Origin: a virus
Lineage: Duplodnaviria; Caudoviricetes
Reading direction: 5' to 3' (one strand)
IMG/VR virus record: IMGVR_UViG_3300017766_003372
Span: 1-35,968 of that record
DNA: 35,968 nucleotides
The notes below the pieces were generated by a model, which saw only the letters and a list, made by a program, of their open reading frames with translations, searched no databases and was not told the DNA's origin. Positions 14,672 to 23,195 of the stretch are shown in pieces. The translations under genes were made by a program, and so were the position numbers. The first letter of the stretch is position 1, and every line of letters starts with the position of its first letter.

Positions 14672-15787
14672 TCACCTCACCAGGGAATCAACGGGGAGAT
14701 TAGGAGCAGGAAGGAACCAAGCGCCATTATCGATTGGCACGGGCTCCCAATTGTCCGAAGTCGAAAAGGCCCAGCTATCGCCCGCAGCCAAGACCGCTTC
14801 GGCATCCGCGCGCGAAATCCAAAATGACCCGTCCGGTTGATCCGCGGGAAACTTCGCGCCGCCTTGGGGGGGCCAAGCCGTTCCCCAGCTATTCAAGACG
14901 AGGACACCATCGCGCCCGCCTGGGGAGTTTTTTGCCCATCGCAAACCGGCGAGGCACATCTGGTGGGGCCAAACGCCGTTCCGCGAAATAAACGCTTGAG
15001 CGTCACGGGCCTGGGCCTGGAATCCAACGTTAGAGGCAATCGTGATTGGGAACCCTGACGACAACGCTTGAACCAGTTCATCCCAACTGCCAACGCGCGA
15101 AACCTTTTTGATCGGGTGGCGCTTGGCTTCGTTGTCGAACCGTCCCCCGTCCCCCTTGCCGCCGTTCCCCCAGTTGCCCCATTCCCGTTCCAGCGATTGG
15201 CCGCGCGTCAGATCGAAGCCGAACTCTGGATATTCCCGCTGGTAGGTCACGCCCCAATCACGCAACCACTTTGCCGCATGGAATCCCGTTGAACCATCGG
15301 AGTATCCGCCCGCCCCTTCGGGCCTGCCGCGGGCCTCGACGCGCGACCCGCCATAGATCGAGGGAGTTGAGGGACGGTAGGGGACCGCGGACATAAGACC
15401 CGCATCCCATGCCAGCGATTCCGCCAAAAAAATTGCGTGTTGCGCGCCATGAGCAACGCAACTGCCGATTGCCCCCTGGTTGCTAACCTCAAAGGGCTTG
15501 CCGTATCTCGCGCGGCTGGCTTTGTCCGCGGCGCGCCAGAGGAAAACATCCTCGCCCACGGGAACCGCCATGGCTTGCGGTGCCGCAGCGGCAAAGATTC
15601 CCTCCGCACCCATTGAGCGAACGAAAGCATCCGCGCCGTTGCGGTCATCGACCCAGCCCGTGGCTTTCTCGAGGCGCTCCGCAACTCTGTTCGTCGCCCG
15701 CTCAACGAGCGTTGCGAGAATCGCCATCGCAACGACAAAGGCGACGGCAGACCATGACCAAGCCTTTTGCTGGCGTGTCAAAGTCAC
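14672..15787 (-). CDS. Membrane-anchored papain-like (C1A) cysteine peptidase
   Basis: NQGAIGSCVAHG (catalytic Cys), PHQM (His), NSWG (Asn); N-terminal TM. Confidence 0.85.
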   Translation of the reverse strand: MTLTRQQKAWSWSAVAFVVAMAILATLVERATNRVAERLEKATGWVDDRNGADAFVRSMGAEGIFAAAAPQAMAVPVGEDVFLWRAADKASRARYGKPFEVSNQGAIGSCVAHGAQHAIFLAESLAWDAGLMSAVPYRPSTPSIYGGSRVEARGRPEGAGGYSDGSTGFHAAKWLRDWGVTYQREYPEFGFDLTRGQSLEREWGNWGNGGKGDGGRFDNEAKRHPIKKVSRVGSWDELVQALSSGFPITIASNVGFQAQARDAQAFISRNGVWPHQMCLAGLRWAKNSPGGRDGVLVLNSWGTAWPPQGGAKFPADQPDGSFWISRADAEAVLAAGDSWAFSTSDNWEPVPIDNGAWFLPAPNLPVDSLVR

Positions 15788-16263
15788 CTCCCCGCCGCGA
15801 TTGCGGAAGCCTTGGAAATGTCCTCAAGAGCGCGAACCCAGTTCGCTCGTTCGATGCCATCGACGGGCCCGCCATCGGTGCCAACGGATTCGTCCAGAAA
15901 CTTTGCAATCCGCTCCCGGGCGATCGGCTGTTTCGCCCCCAGCGTAACCCCCTCCATGCGTCCATCGCGCGCCCATTTGCGCAAGTCGTCGAAGGCCGCA
16001 GCGGTCTTCAACCGCGGTTCCTTGAGGGTGCCATCGTAGGCAATGCACTTTCCCAACCAGTGCGTCAGCCGCTCCGTAGCCGTGGCATCCTCCGCGGCAT
16101 CGGGACCGACAAAGGCCCCGCGGAGATCGATCGTAGGCCAGCCATCCGGGGCGGGGGCGGGAGCAGGGGGGGCAGGCATCGGCGCGGGTCTGTGATCGAT
16201 CGCATACGCGACCATCGCACCCGCGATGAGAATTGCCAGGATGATGCTTCGGTCGGTCTTCAC
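15784..16263 (-). CDS. Membrane-anchored protein with Pro-Ala linker
   Basis: N-terminal TM; coupled ORF. Confidence 0.7.
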   Translation of the reverse strand: MKTDRSIILAILIAGAMVAYAIDHRPAPMPAPPAPAPAPDGWPTIDLRGAFVGPDAAEDATATERLTHWLGKCIAYDGTLKEPRLKTAAAFDDLRKWARDGRMEGVTLGAKQPIARERIAKFLDESVGTDGGPVDGIERANWVRALEDISKASAIAAGR

Positions 16264-16514
16264 TTCGCGGGCTCCGAGAGTGCCGCGGCGATCGTGTCGA
16301 AAGCCGATTTCACGGGGTCGGTCAGTTGCTCCGCGGAGGCGAGCCGTCTTCGGATTGCGGCGAGCGCCTCACGATCCGACGTTCCCGCAGTTGGTTGCGG
16401 AACTGGGAGCGAAGGGAGCGACGGCAGCGCGGCGCTCGAGGGGGCAGGCACCAACCGCGGCCAAAGAAAATAGAGGAGCGCCGCAGCCAAAAGAATGTGC
16501 CAAGTCGAGATCAT
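16260..16514 (-). CDS. Small membrane-anchored protein
   Basis: ILLAAALLYFLW TM; ATGA overlap. Confidence 0.65.
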   Translation of the reverse strand: MISTWHILLAAALLYFLWPRLVPAPSSAALPSLPSLPVPQPTAGTSDREALAAIRRRLASAEQLTDPVKSAFDTIAAALSEPAK

Positions 16515-16855
16515 GCCGCGGCCTTTCTGACGATCGGAAGCAAGGATTCCAACGCGCCCCCCGCGGCTGCGATGACAAGCTGACGAACGGCGGGACGAAT
16601 CAAGACCCAAACGGGGTACAGATACGCCGGGACGGCAAAGCCTGCGACCGAGTCAAAGAGCAGGCCAACAGCCTCAAGCGCCCATTCCTTTTTCGCGGCA
16701 CCCTCAAGCGGAATTGAGTCGAGGCCAGCAACGGAGAGACGAAGAAGAGACACAACCAGCGCGCCAACGTCGGCAACGCTGATGCCATCCTTTGCCCGTT
16801 CCTTCGCAGCCGCGATGAAAGCGGCAACTTCGGCTTGCAGTTGTTCAGGTGTCAT
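16511..16855 (-). CDS. Hydrophobic protein (holin-like candidate)
   Basis: Amphipathic and hydrophobic helices, GAAKKEWALE motif; TGATG overlap. Confidence 0.6.
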   Translation of the reverse strand: MTPEQLQAEVAAFIAAAKERAKDGISVADVGALVVSLLRLSVAGLDSIPLEGAAKKEWALEAVGLLFDSVAGFAVPAYLYPVWVLIRPAVRQLVIAAAGGALESLLPIVRKAAA

Positions 16856-17367
16856 CAATACCCCGCGGGTCCAGTGATTGCGGTTCCACAAACCATGAGC
16901 GAATACGAAACCGTCCCCGTCGTTCCCGTTGCGGTCAACTTGACCGTCGATTCCGTTGACGACGCGGGCCAAGCGTGGGTCTGCTGGACCGCGAGAAGTT
17001 CGCCCCCTGGGCCAACGTCACCCGCGACCCGCCCCCAGCCATTCGAGGCCCCAGGCCCAACGATGATTCGCGGGCCCGTAACCGATTCGTTGTTCTGCAA
17101 GCGGAACAACCGAACTTGCCGCATCGTCTGCGTCTGCGTCATGCCGAACGTGGGGCCCGTCAAACTTAGAAGGTCAAGCGTCAGGCTCGATCCCCCGGTG
17201 ATTGAACCAGAGGAGAACCAGACTTGATCGGCAATCGGGCCCGATACGTTGTTGAGGGAGTACGTTCCCGCTTTGCTAACCGCAGCCGTGTTCGTCCCGA
17301 GCGTCTGAACGTCCGCGCGCGAAACGTCAACCTGGGTTTTGATCGCGCCTGAAAATGAGTCGGGCAC
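16855..17367 (-). CDS. Beta-rich probable virion protein
   Basis: Ser/Thr/Gly-rich; GGAG RBS. Confidence 0.6.
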   Translation of the reverse strand: MPDSFSGAIKTQVDVSRADVQTLGTNTAAVSKAGTYSLNNVSGPIADQVWFSSGSITGGSSLTLDLLSLTGPTFGMTQTQTMRQVRLFRLQNNESVTGPRIIVGPGASNGWGRVAGDVGPGGELLAVQQTHAWPASSTESTVKLTATGTTGTVSYSLMVCGTAITGPAGY

Positions 17368-17379
17368 GGCGGGAATCTC

Positions 17380-17607
17380 CTACGGAATCAAGCCAAGGTC
17401 TATCGCTCGTTTGACTGCCGCGACCGTCTCCCCGATCTGGTACGCAATCAGTTCGATTTCGCGTTGCGTGTACGCGGGCCGCGAAGTGATCTTGCCCCAG
17501 GTGTCGCTAGTTTTGACGCGGTCTGCCAGCGGCAACGCAGACCCGGAGGGCGGGAGCGATTCCCGCCCGCCGCCACCGTGCCGCCAGTGCGAAGGCCGCG
17601 CGATCAT
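17380..17607 (-). CDS. Hypothetical protein
   Basis: Fills the operon gap on the coding strand. Confidence 0.5.
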   Translation of the reverse strand: MIARPSHWRHGGGGRESLPPSGSALPLADRVKTSDTWGKITSRPAYTQREIELIAYQIGETVAAVKRAIDLGLIP

Positions 17608-17637
17608 GCGACCAGACTACGGGGAATCAAGCCGACC

Positions 17638-18063
17638 CTAGAGGGGGTCTGGCGTGTCCGCGATCGTCCAATCCCGCGGTTGGTCGCCCCCTGCGTGACG
17701 CTCCCGAAGCGTTGCCACCATCGGGGTCAGTTCGTCCGCGAGGGCGCGGTAGCCCCCTGGGAACTGCCGATCATCGTGGAGGCTCCCCGCGGCGCGGGCA
17801 TCGGCAAGGATCGCAAGGCAGGCCAGAGCGGAGCCCAGGTGAGGTATCCCTTCCTCGTCTGATTCCTCACCCTCAAACCATGCCGCCAAATGACGCTGAC
17901 AAGCGTCAACGTAGATTGAGGCGCGAACGGGGGAGGCCCGCCAATTGGCCCGCCCGTATTTCAGCGCGCCATTGAGCAAAGCAATACACCCTATGGCGCT
18001 TGCCGTCATCGGCCAAAGATGAAGCGGCAACTTGTGGGAGCCGATCGAATCCTTGGGGTTCAT
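17638..18063 (-). CDS. DUF5664 dATP/dGTP diphosphohydrolase domain protein
   Basis: NPKDSIGSHKLPLHL, GALKYGRANWR, RHLAAWFEGEE..EGIPHL. Confidence 0.85.
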   Translation of the reverse strand: MNPKDSIGSHKLPLHLWPMTASAIGCIALLNGALKYGRANWRASPVRASIYVDACQRHLAAWFEGEESDEEGIPHLGSALACLAILADARAAGSLHDDRQFPGGYRALADELTPMVATLRERHAGGDQPRDWTIADTPDPL

Positions 18064-18323
18064 CGTGTCTGCGACACGGGCCCGCGGTTCCTGCGCCGTC
18101 TCAAGCTCTGCCGCCCCGCGAAGAATCCAATCGACCCCTTCACTCTCGCCCGCGGGTTCCGCCTGGAGATCATCGACAACAACCGTTGCCGCTCCCGCAA
18201 CAGCCTCCCGATCATCCGCGCCGCTGTTCCCCCCGTCGCCGTCCACCCGTTCGACGGGCCATGACGATTCGCCCACTGTTGCGCCTCCGTTGCTTCTTGA
18301 TCTGTGTATGGCTTGTGCGTCAT
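18060..18323 (-). CDS. Hypothetical protein
   Basis: ATGA overlaps at both ends. Confidence 0.6.
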   Translation of the reverse strand: MTHKPYTDQEATEAQQWANRHGPSNGWTATGGTAARMIGRLLRERQRLLSMISRRNPRARVKGSIGFFAGRQSLRRRRNRGPVSQTR

Positions 18324-19399
18324 CGCTTGCGAATGTCCTTCAAATCGCGGTCGCAATAGATCGGCATTGCCTTGGTTACCTCGTTGCGCCCGTGATCGAT
18401 AACCACAGCGGCTTGGCAAGGTGGTTCGTAGGTCGCCGCGATCCTCGTTGCATACGCGGAATGACCAATGAGGCTTCCGTTGGAAACGTAGCGGTTGCTC
18501 CGCAGCCATGCCATTTGATGCCAATGCCCAAAGACCGTGAGATCGGCGCGGCCATAGCTGGCATCCCATGCCGCGTTCTTTTTGTTCACGGGAATCGTTA
18601 TCCCGCCGACCCCGCCGAAACTCTTGTAGGCGTGACCGTGATGGGCGCGAACCTTGAAGCCGTCCAGGTCGATGATGTTAAGGTAATTCTCGCTTACCTT
18701 CCATGAAACGTTGCCGCACGTTTCCGATTCCGCCATCGTGAGATAGAGGTTTTGCTCAAAAGAATGATCCATTTCCGTACCTATCCGCGGGTCGCCCGTG
18801 CGCCCGTGATTGCCGCACGAAGTCGCCACGATGACTTCGTCTGCCTGTTTGGAAACGGCATCGATGAACCCGCGAAGCCGTCGCCCCGCCCAGCGGGTTG
18901 CCTCCAGCGGAGCGAGTTGGGCAAGCTCCGCGCAATCCTCATGGATCGCGCCCGTGATGAAGTCCCCGCCAAGCCAAAGGCATACGCGGCGAATGTCCGC
19001 TAGCCTGCGCTCATGATCGAGGATGACCGCGAAGCGTTCCGCAAGTTCCGCAATGCGACGATCCGCGATTTCCAAATCGAAACGATTGAGTCCGTTCGTC
19101 TCGAGGCGCACCAACTCCTCAACGTGCCAATCAGAGAGGAGCAGCATCATTGTTGCGGGATGCTTCCGCGCCTTCGTCGCCCTGGTCGATAGCCTCTTGG
19201 CTTTCACGCCAGCGAGGCCCGCGAGAACGTCCGCGCGTGTCCGCTCCGCGTCAATCTGTTTCAGTGCCGATTGATAGCGGGCTTTGAAATCGTCCCGCTC
19301 TGCCCGCAATCGCGAAAGCTCTGCATCGAGGGCAAGGCGAGACAAGGCCGCAACAGATGACGCAACCGAATCGGCTAGGGATTTGTTCGCTTTAGCCAC
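18320..19399 (-). CDS. Calcineurin-like metallophosphoesterase with N-terminal coiled coil
   Basis: SDWH, GGD, GNHGR, HHGH, GHWH motifs. Confidence 0.9.
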   Translation of the reverse strand: MAKANKSLADSVASSVAALSRLALDAELSRLRAERDDFKARYQSALKQIDAERTRADVLAGLAGVKAKRLSTRATKARKHPATMMLLLSDWHVEELVRLETNGLNRFDLEIADRRIAELAERFAVILDHERRLADIRRVCLWLGGDFITGAIHEDCAELAQLAPLEATRWAGRRLRGFIDAVSKQADEVIVATSCGNHGRTGDPRIGTEMDHSFEQNLYLTMAESETCGNVSWKVSENYLNIIDLDGFKVRAHHGHAYKSFGGVGGITIPVNKKNAAWDASYGRADLTVFGHWHQMAWLRSNRYVSNGSLIGHSAYATRIAATYEPPCQAAVVIDHGRNEVTKAMPIYCDRDLKDIRKR

Positions 19400-19650
19400 G
19401 CCAAAACTCCTTGCCTGCCAACGGTGGAAATCTTGCGCTCGTTGAGGCTCTTGGCGATTGCCTGGGAGAGCGCGTGAGCGGAGACGTTCCGCCCGTCGCC
19501 GTCGCGGAAGTTCCCCGCCAGCCATCGCAGTTTGATCGACTCGACTTCGCGGTAGACCGATTCGGGAATATCGGTCCACCAACGCGGGGTCTTTTTCTTA
19601 AGAAGCGTTTCCGCGACAGAGTCGGCAATCGGCTTTGTGGTCTTTGCCAT
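19375..19650 (-). CDS. Hypothetical protein
   Basis: TAATG overlap; N-terminus (IADSVA) resembles that of the downstream phosphoesterase (LADSVA). Confidence 0.65.
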   Translation of the reverse strand: MAKTTKPIADSVAETLLKKKTPRWWTDIPESVYREVESIKLRWLAGNFRDGDGRNVSAHALSQAIAKSLNERKISTVGRQGVLAWLKRTNP

Positions 19651-19979
19651 TACTCCCCGTCCTCGTCTTTGTGCCGAAAACCGTGGGCATAGACGATGCC
19701 CGCCAGTTCGTCGGCAAACTCCACAACCGCGTCCTCCGAAAGATCGGGCCAACGCGCGTGAATCAATTCATGAAGGATGACGTTGAGCCGGTCTTCGCCG
19801 TGGAGCTTTTCAGAAACACGGATCGTCTTTTTCTGGTAGTCGCAATCCCCGTAGATCGTTTTCGGAACCGCGCAAACGCGAATCCGCCAACGCTCCCCGC
19901 CGATCCATATTTGGCGACTACTCATGACCGCTCCCGTGGCCCACAATTGTCGATCGATTCCGAGCGTGTCCAGGGTCAA
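19650..19979 (-). CDS. HEXXH zincin-like metallopeptidase
   Basis: YGDCD...TIRV...VILHELIHA...E. Confidence 0.75.
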   Translation of the reverse strand: MTLDTLGIDRQLWATGAVMSSRQIWIGGERWRIRVCAVPKTIYGDCDYQKKTIRVSEKLHGEDRLNVILHELIHARWPDLSEDAVVEFADELAGIVYAHGFRHKDEDGE

Positions 19980-19982
19980 GAA

Positions 19983-20372
19983 TCAGTCTGGGAATGGGGG
20001 GTATTTGGCAATCTCAATCCTTGCCGCCTCAATTGCGCGGCCAATCATGATTCGCGCTGCGGTTGCGAGGAACGGAATACCTCGTTTGCTTGCGGCTTCC
20101 CGCAGATGCTCAACCACTTCCTCGATCCTGCGGATTGTTTCGTCCGGTCCCCAGGCATCCATCTTCGCCGCGAAGGAATCGCAACCGCAGCAACCTTCAT
20201 CGCGGAGGCCGAACCAAGCGAGTGATTTTTTGAGTTGGCATCCCGGGCCGCAGAGGTTTGGCTTTGGCTTTCGGCATTGCCGGATCGCCCCGCGGACCTT
20301 CGAGACGAAGCCGCAGCGCGGGCATGTGGCGTCGGGGGCTGACAGGTCGCAATTCATGGTGACAGCGTCCAC
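19983..20372 (-). CDS. Cys-rich protein downstream of the tail tip
   Basis: CPRCG, CGPGC, CCGC motifs. Confidence 0.65.
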   Translation of the reverse strand: MDAVTMNCDLSAPDATCPRCGFVSKVRGAIRQCRKPKPNLCGPGCQLKKSLAWFGLRDEGCCGCDSFAAKMDAWGPDETIRRIEEVVEHLREAASKRGIPFLATAARIMIGRAIEAARIEIAKYPPFPD

Positions 20373-21535
20373 GAAAACGAGCCTTCATAGAACCCACTGC
20401 CATACGGGAGTTTAAATAATTGAATCTCTCCTGTTCCAGACTCTCCAAGGCACACATCCGCAATCCCCAGCCTGCATCCCATAGCAAGGATGTAACACTC
20501 TCCGTCAAAATGCCAATACCCACTTATCCACGAAGACGCATAAGGTTGCGCAAACACTCCGAAGCCATTGTCAATGTTCACGCCAGCACTAAAGAGATTC
20601 AGTGGCGGCGAAAGCGTGTTGCACGGGCTAGGATTGTCGTATGTAGACAAAAACTGATTGCACACGCCAGACGAACGAAGCCACGAAGCGACGACGTACG
20701 TTCCATTGAGCGACGACAGATTTGATACGGTTCCGGTCCACGGAGATGTCGCGGTTAGTGAAGACAAGCCGCTAATCGTGAGATACACTTCGTCCGGTGG
20801 CGGGTCGCCGTCGCAAAACGTATCGCACGATGTAACAGTCGGGTCTTCTGGGTCTGGCTCGTCGTAGCACTCACGAACGATTCCGTAGAGAACGTGCTGC
20901 CGCTTCTTTGTGTTCCATCGGATCGTCGCGCGAATCGTAAACGTGGTTTCCACGTTGTCGCAGAGTGACGAATACGAGACGGTCCCTTCCCCCGTGTGCG
21001 GGTCTGACGTTGAAGCGTCACCTCCGCCGGACACAAGAGGCACCGATCCCACCGTGACCGCACCATCTGCCGCCGTGATGACTCGACCATCCGGGGCGAC
21101 AAGCGATCCCGTCGAAACAATCACCTCGACGATGTTTTCCGTTAGCGCGGACGACGACGGCGGGATCGTGCTGGCACCGAGAACGTAGTTATTGCGCCAA
21201 AACGACACGACCACGGAGCATGGGAATCGAGTGCCAGGACTACTACCTCCGAGCGTGAACCCACCGCTGACGCGCTGATACCAAGGACCGTCGCCGTCCA
21301 TCCCGTCATACGGGTCGGAAGTGTCGCTGTCTCCGGTTGCGGTAAAGAAACCGTCCGTAGTGTTGCCCGCCTCCGCGCCCTCAAAGAAGCGAGTGTAGAC
21401 AACCTCAAACGCGGCACCCGTGTGCGGGTTCGTGCAAGTGCGCTCGCACGGATCGCACGGGACGCAGGTGCATTGCTGGCAATTGCCCTTCCCTCCAAAC
21501 AGCATCACGAGCACTCCGTCCATTGAAGATGCCAA
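20354..21535 (-). CDS. Cys-containing tail tip / receptor-binding protein candidate
   Basis: Third gene after the tape measure; Ser/Thr-rich; 3' end has lower GC. Confidence 0.6.
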   Translation of the reverse strand: MASSMDGVLVMLFGGKGNCQQCTCVPCDPCERTCTNPHTGAAFEVVYTRFFEGAEAGNTTDGFFTATGDSDTSDPYDGMDGDGPWYQRVSGGFTLGGSSPGTRFPCSVVVSFWRNNYVLGASTIPPSSSALTENIVEVIVSTGSLVAPDGRVITAADGAVTVGSVPLVSGGGDASTSDPHTGEGTVSYSSLCDNVETTFTIRATIRWNTKKRQHVLYGIVRECYDEPDPEDPTVTSCDTFCDGDPPPDEVYLTISGLSSLTATSPWTGTVSNLSSLNGTYVVASWLRSSGVCNQFLSTYDNPSPCNTLSPPLNLFSAGVNIDNGFGVFAQPYASSWISGYWHFDGECYILAMGCRLGIADVCLGESGTGEIQLFKLPYGSGFYEGSFSWTLSP

Positions 21536-22272
21536 GTTGAGTCAATCAGTTCGCAGCCGACCCAGAAACCCCCGGTCGGTCCCGTGACCGTCTGGGCTCG
21601 ATTGATCGCAACGAACGTCGTGCCCGTGACGATTGCCCCCGCCCCGGTGTATTGCTGGACCGATGCCGTGGCCCCCTTTGTCCATGTGCCCGAAATCTTC
21701 CCCAGCCGCGAACCGCCGCCAGCGCCAGACCCGATCCGCAACAGGCACCATTTGCCGTTGCCCGTGCCATCGCGCCAAAGGATTGTCGCGGGCCCCGATG
21801 ACGCAGATTCAAACGCGGTGGTTGATCCCGCGATTGGCACCGCGAAGCCGTGGCTAGCGTCTAAGACATTGATCTTTGCCTGGACAACGCCAGCAATTGC
21901 CGCCCGCCCGAACTTGCCTGCGGCGATCGGTTCAATCGAGACGACGAAAGCCCCGGTCCCTCCGGTTGCAGGGACAACACCCACAACCGCGGGCTCCGAT
22001 TGGAATTGGGCAACCGCTGCTCCCGTGGAGCTTGTGGGAGGGGCTACAACGCCAGTGATCGCTAACACCCCCCAGTAGCCAACCCCCGTGCCTGCGTCGT
22101 TTTTGACGTAGATTTGGTGGTTCAGCGGGGCAGGCCCGCGAACCCCGGAGGCTTCCCGCCCTCCCTGCTCCCCTAGGACGATATCCGCCGCCTGTTGCGC
22201 GCGGTTCCAAGCCCTCGCGGAGATTGCCCCGCCGATCTTCATTCCCTTTTCAATGCGCCCGTTTCGCGTCAT
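21505..22272 (-). CDS. Minor tail protein
   Basis: Position; ISARAWNR motif; Gly/Thr-rich. Confidence 0.65.
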   Translation of the reverse strand: MTRNGRIEKGMKIGGAISARAWNRAQQAADIVLGEQGGREASGVRGPAPLNHQIYVKNDAGTGVGYWGVLAITGVVAPPTSSTGAAVAQFQSEPAVVGVVPATGGTGAFVVSIEPIAAGKFGRAAIAGVVQAKINVLDASHGFAVPIAGSTTAFESASSGPATILWRDGTGNGKWCLLRIGSGAGGGSRLGKISGTWTKGATASVQQYTGAGAIVTGTTFVAINRAQTVTGPTGGFWVGCELIDSTWHLQWTECS

Positions 22273-23192
22273 GCGACACCAATCCCAAGGTCCGCAAAGG
22301 AACCCCAGTTGTAGACTTGGTTAACGTAGACGAACTTCGGGACTTGAACGAGCGACGAACTAGCTTCCTGCTTTTCATAGACCACCCATAGGTAATCATG
22401 CCCGTTCTTCTCAACCCCGGTGATGCTGCCAATCGTCAGCGCTGCCAGCGTCTTGCCCGTGCCGCAGTTGGGGGCCGCGGTGAATCGGTAGCGAAGGTTC
22501 CAGGGACCATCCCCGCGGTCTGCGTCCCATTCCTGGGAACCGCTGCAACCGTGAAAGAAAACCTCTCCAGCGTCGAACCCGCGGAACGTGGCATCGTTGA
22601 TGCTCTTTGTCGTTGCGGCAACTTTGCGGATGTACGTTGAAGTGATGTAGCTAGATGGAACGTCGTAAACTTCCTCCCAGGTCAGACCCGGGATTTCGAT
22701 TTCGACTCCGTTGACCCGCTCGCCATCGACGCCGATTGCGCCATAGTGCCGCGGGACATTGGTGCTTTCCCCTGACGATCCCCAGCGACGTTCGCCGTTG
22801 TTGACGAGCGGTTTCGTGAGAGTGCCCACAACGGGCGCGGTTGTCACATGGGTCGATCCGCCCGTCGTGTCGAAAGACCGGGCGCGGCGAACGGGAGTAG
22901 TCTCCGTTGAATCCGCCCCCATCTTTTCGTAAGCGATCGTGACTTGCCAAGCCTTGTCGCCCAGGTAGGTGACCGAATACGACTCGGCGCGCAGCTTGAC
23001 CGAGATGTTGCCTGGATACTGCCAATAGGCGAGCGCGGACGAAATCCTCGAGTTGGCTTCCGCGTGGACGATCGTATCGTCGGTCGTTCCGAAAACCTTG
23101 TAGGACTTGGAATACGTTGAGGGTGCGCGCTTGCCCAGGCGAACGATTGTCGCTTGCCGCGAATCTTTGTCCTCAACCCACGTTAGCGGCAT
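22269..23192 (-). CDS. Distal tail / hub protein
   Basis: Directly after the tape measure; FRGFDAGEVFF, KNGHDYLWV. Confidence 0.65.
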   Translation of the reverse strand: MPLTWVEDKDSRQATIVRLGKRAPSTYSKSYKVFGTTDDTIVHAEANSRISSALAYWQYPGNISVKLRAESYSVTYLGDKAWQVTIAYEKMGADSTETTPVRRARSFDTTGGSTHVTTAPVVGTLTKPLVNNGERRWGSSGESTNVPRHYGAIGVDGERVNGVEIEIPGLTWEEVYDVPSSYITSTYIRKVAATTKSINDATFRGFDAGEVFFHGCSGSQEWDADRGDGPWNLRYRFTAAPNCGTGKTLAALTIGSITGVEKNGHDYLWVVYEKQEASSSLVQVPKFVYVNQVYNWGSFADLGIGVA

Positions 23193-23195
23193 TGC

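Noticed and set aside
17638-18063. Diaminopurine (Z-genome) system suggested by dATP/dGTP hydrolase and MazG
   Set aside because: No PurZ, HD-family dATPase or phage polymerase is visible in the window.
20354-21535. Diversity-generating retroelement target
   Set aside because: No reverse transcriptase or template/variable repeat pair seen.
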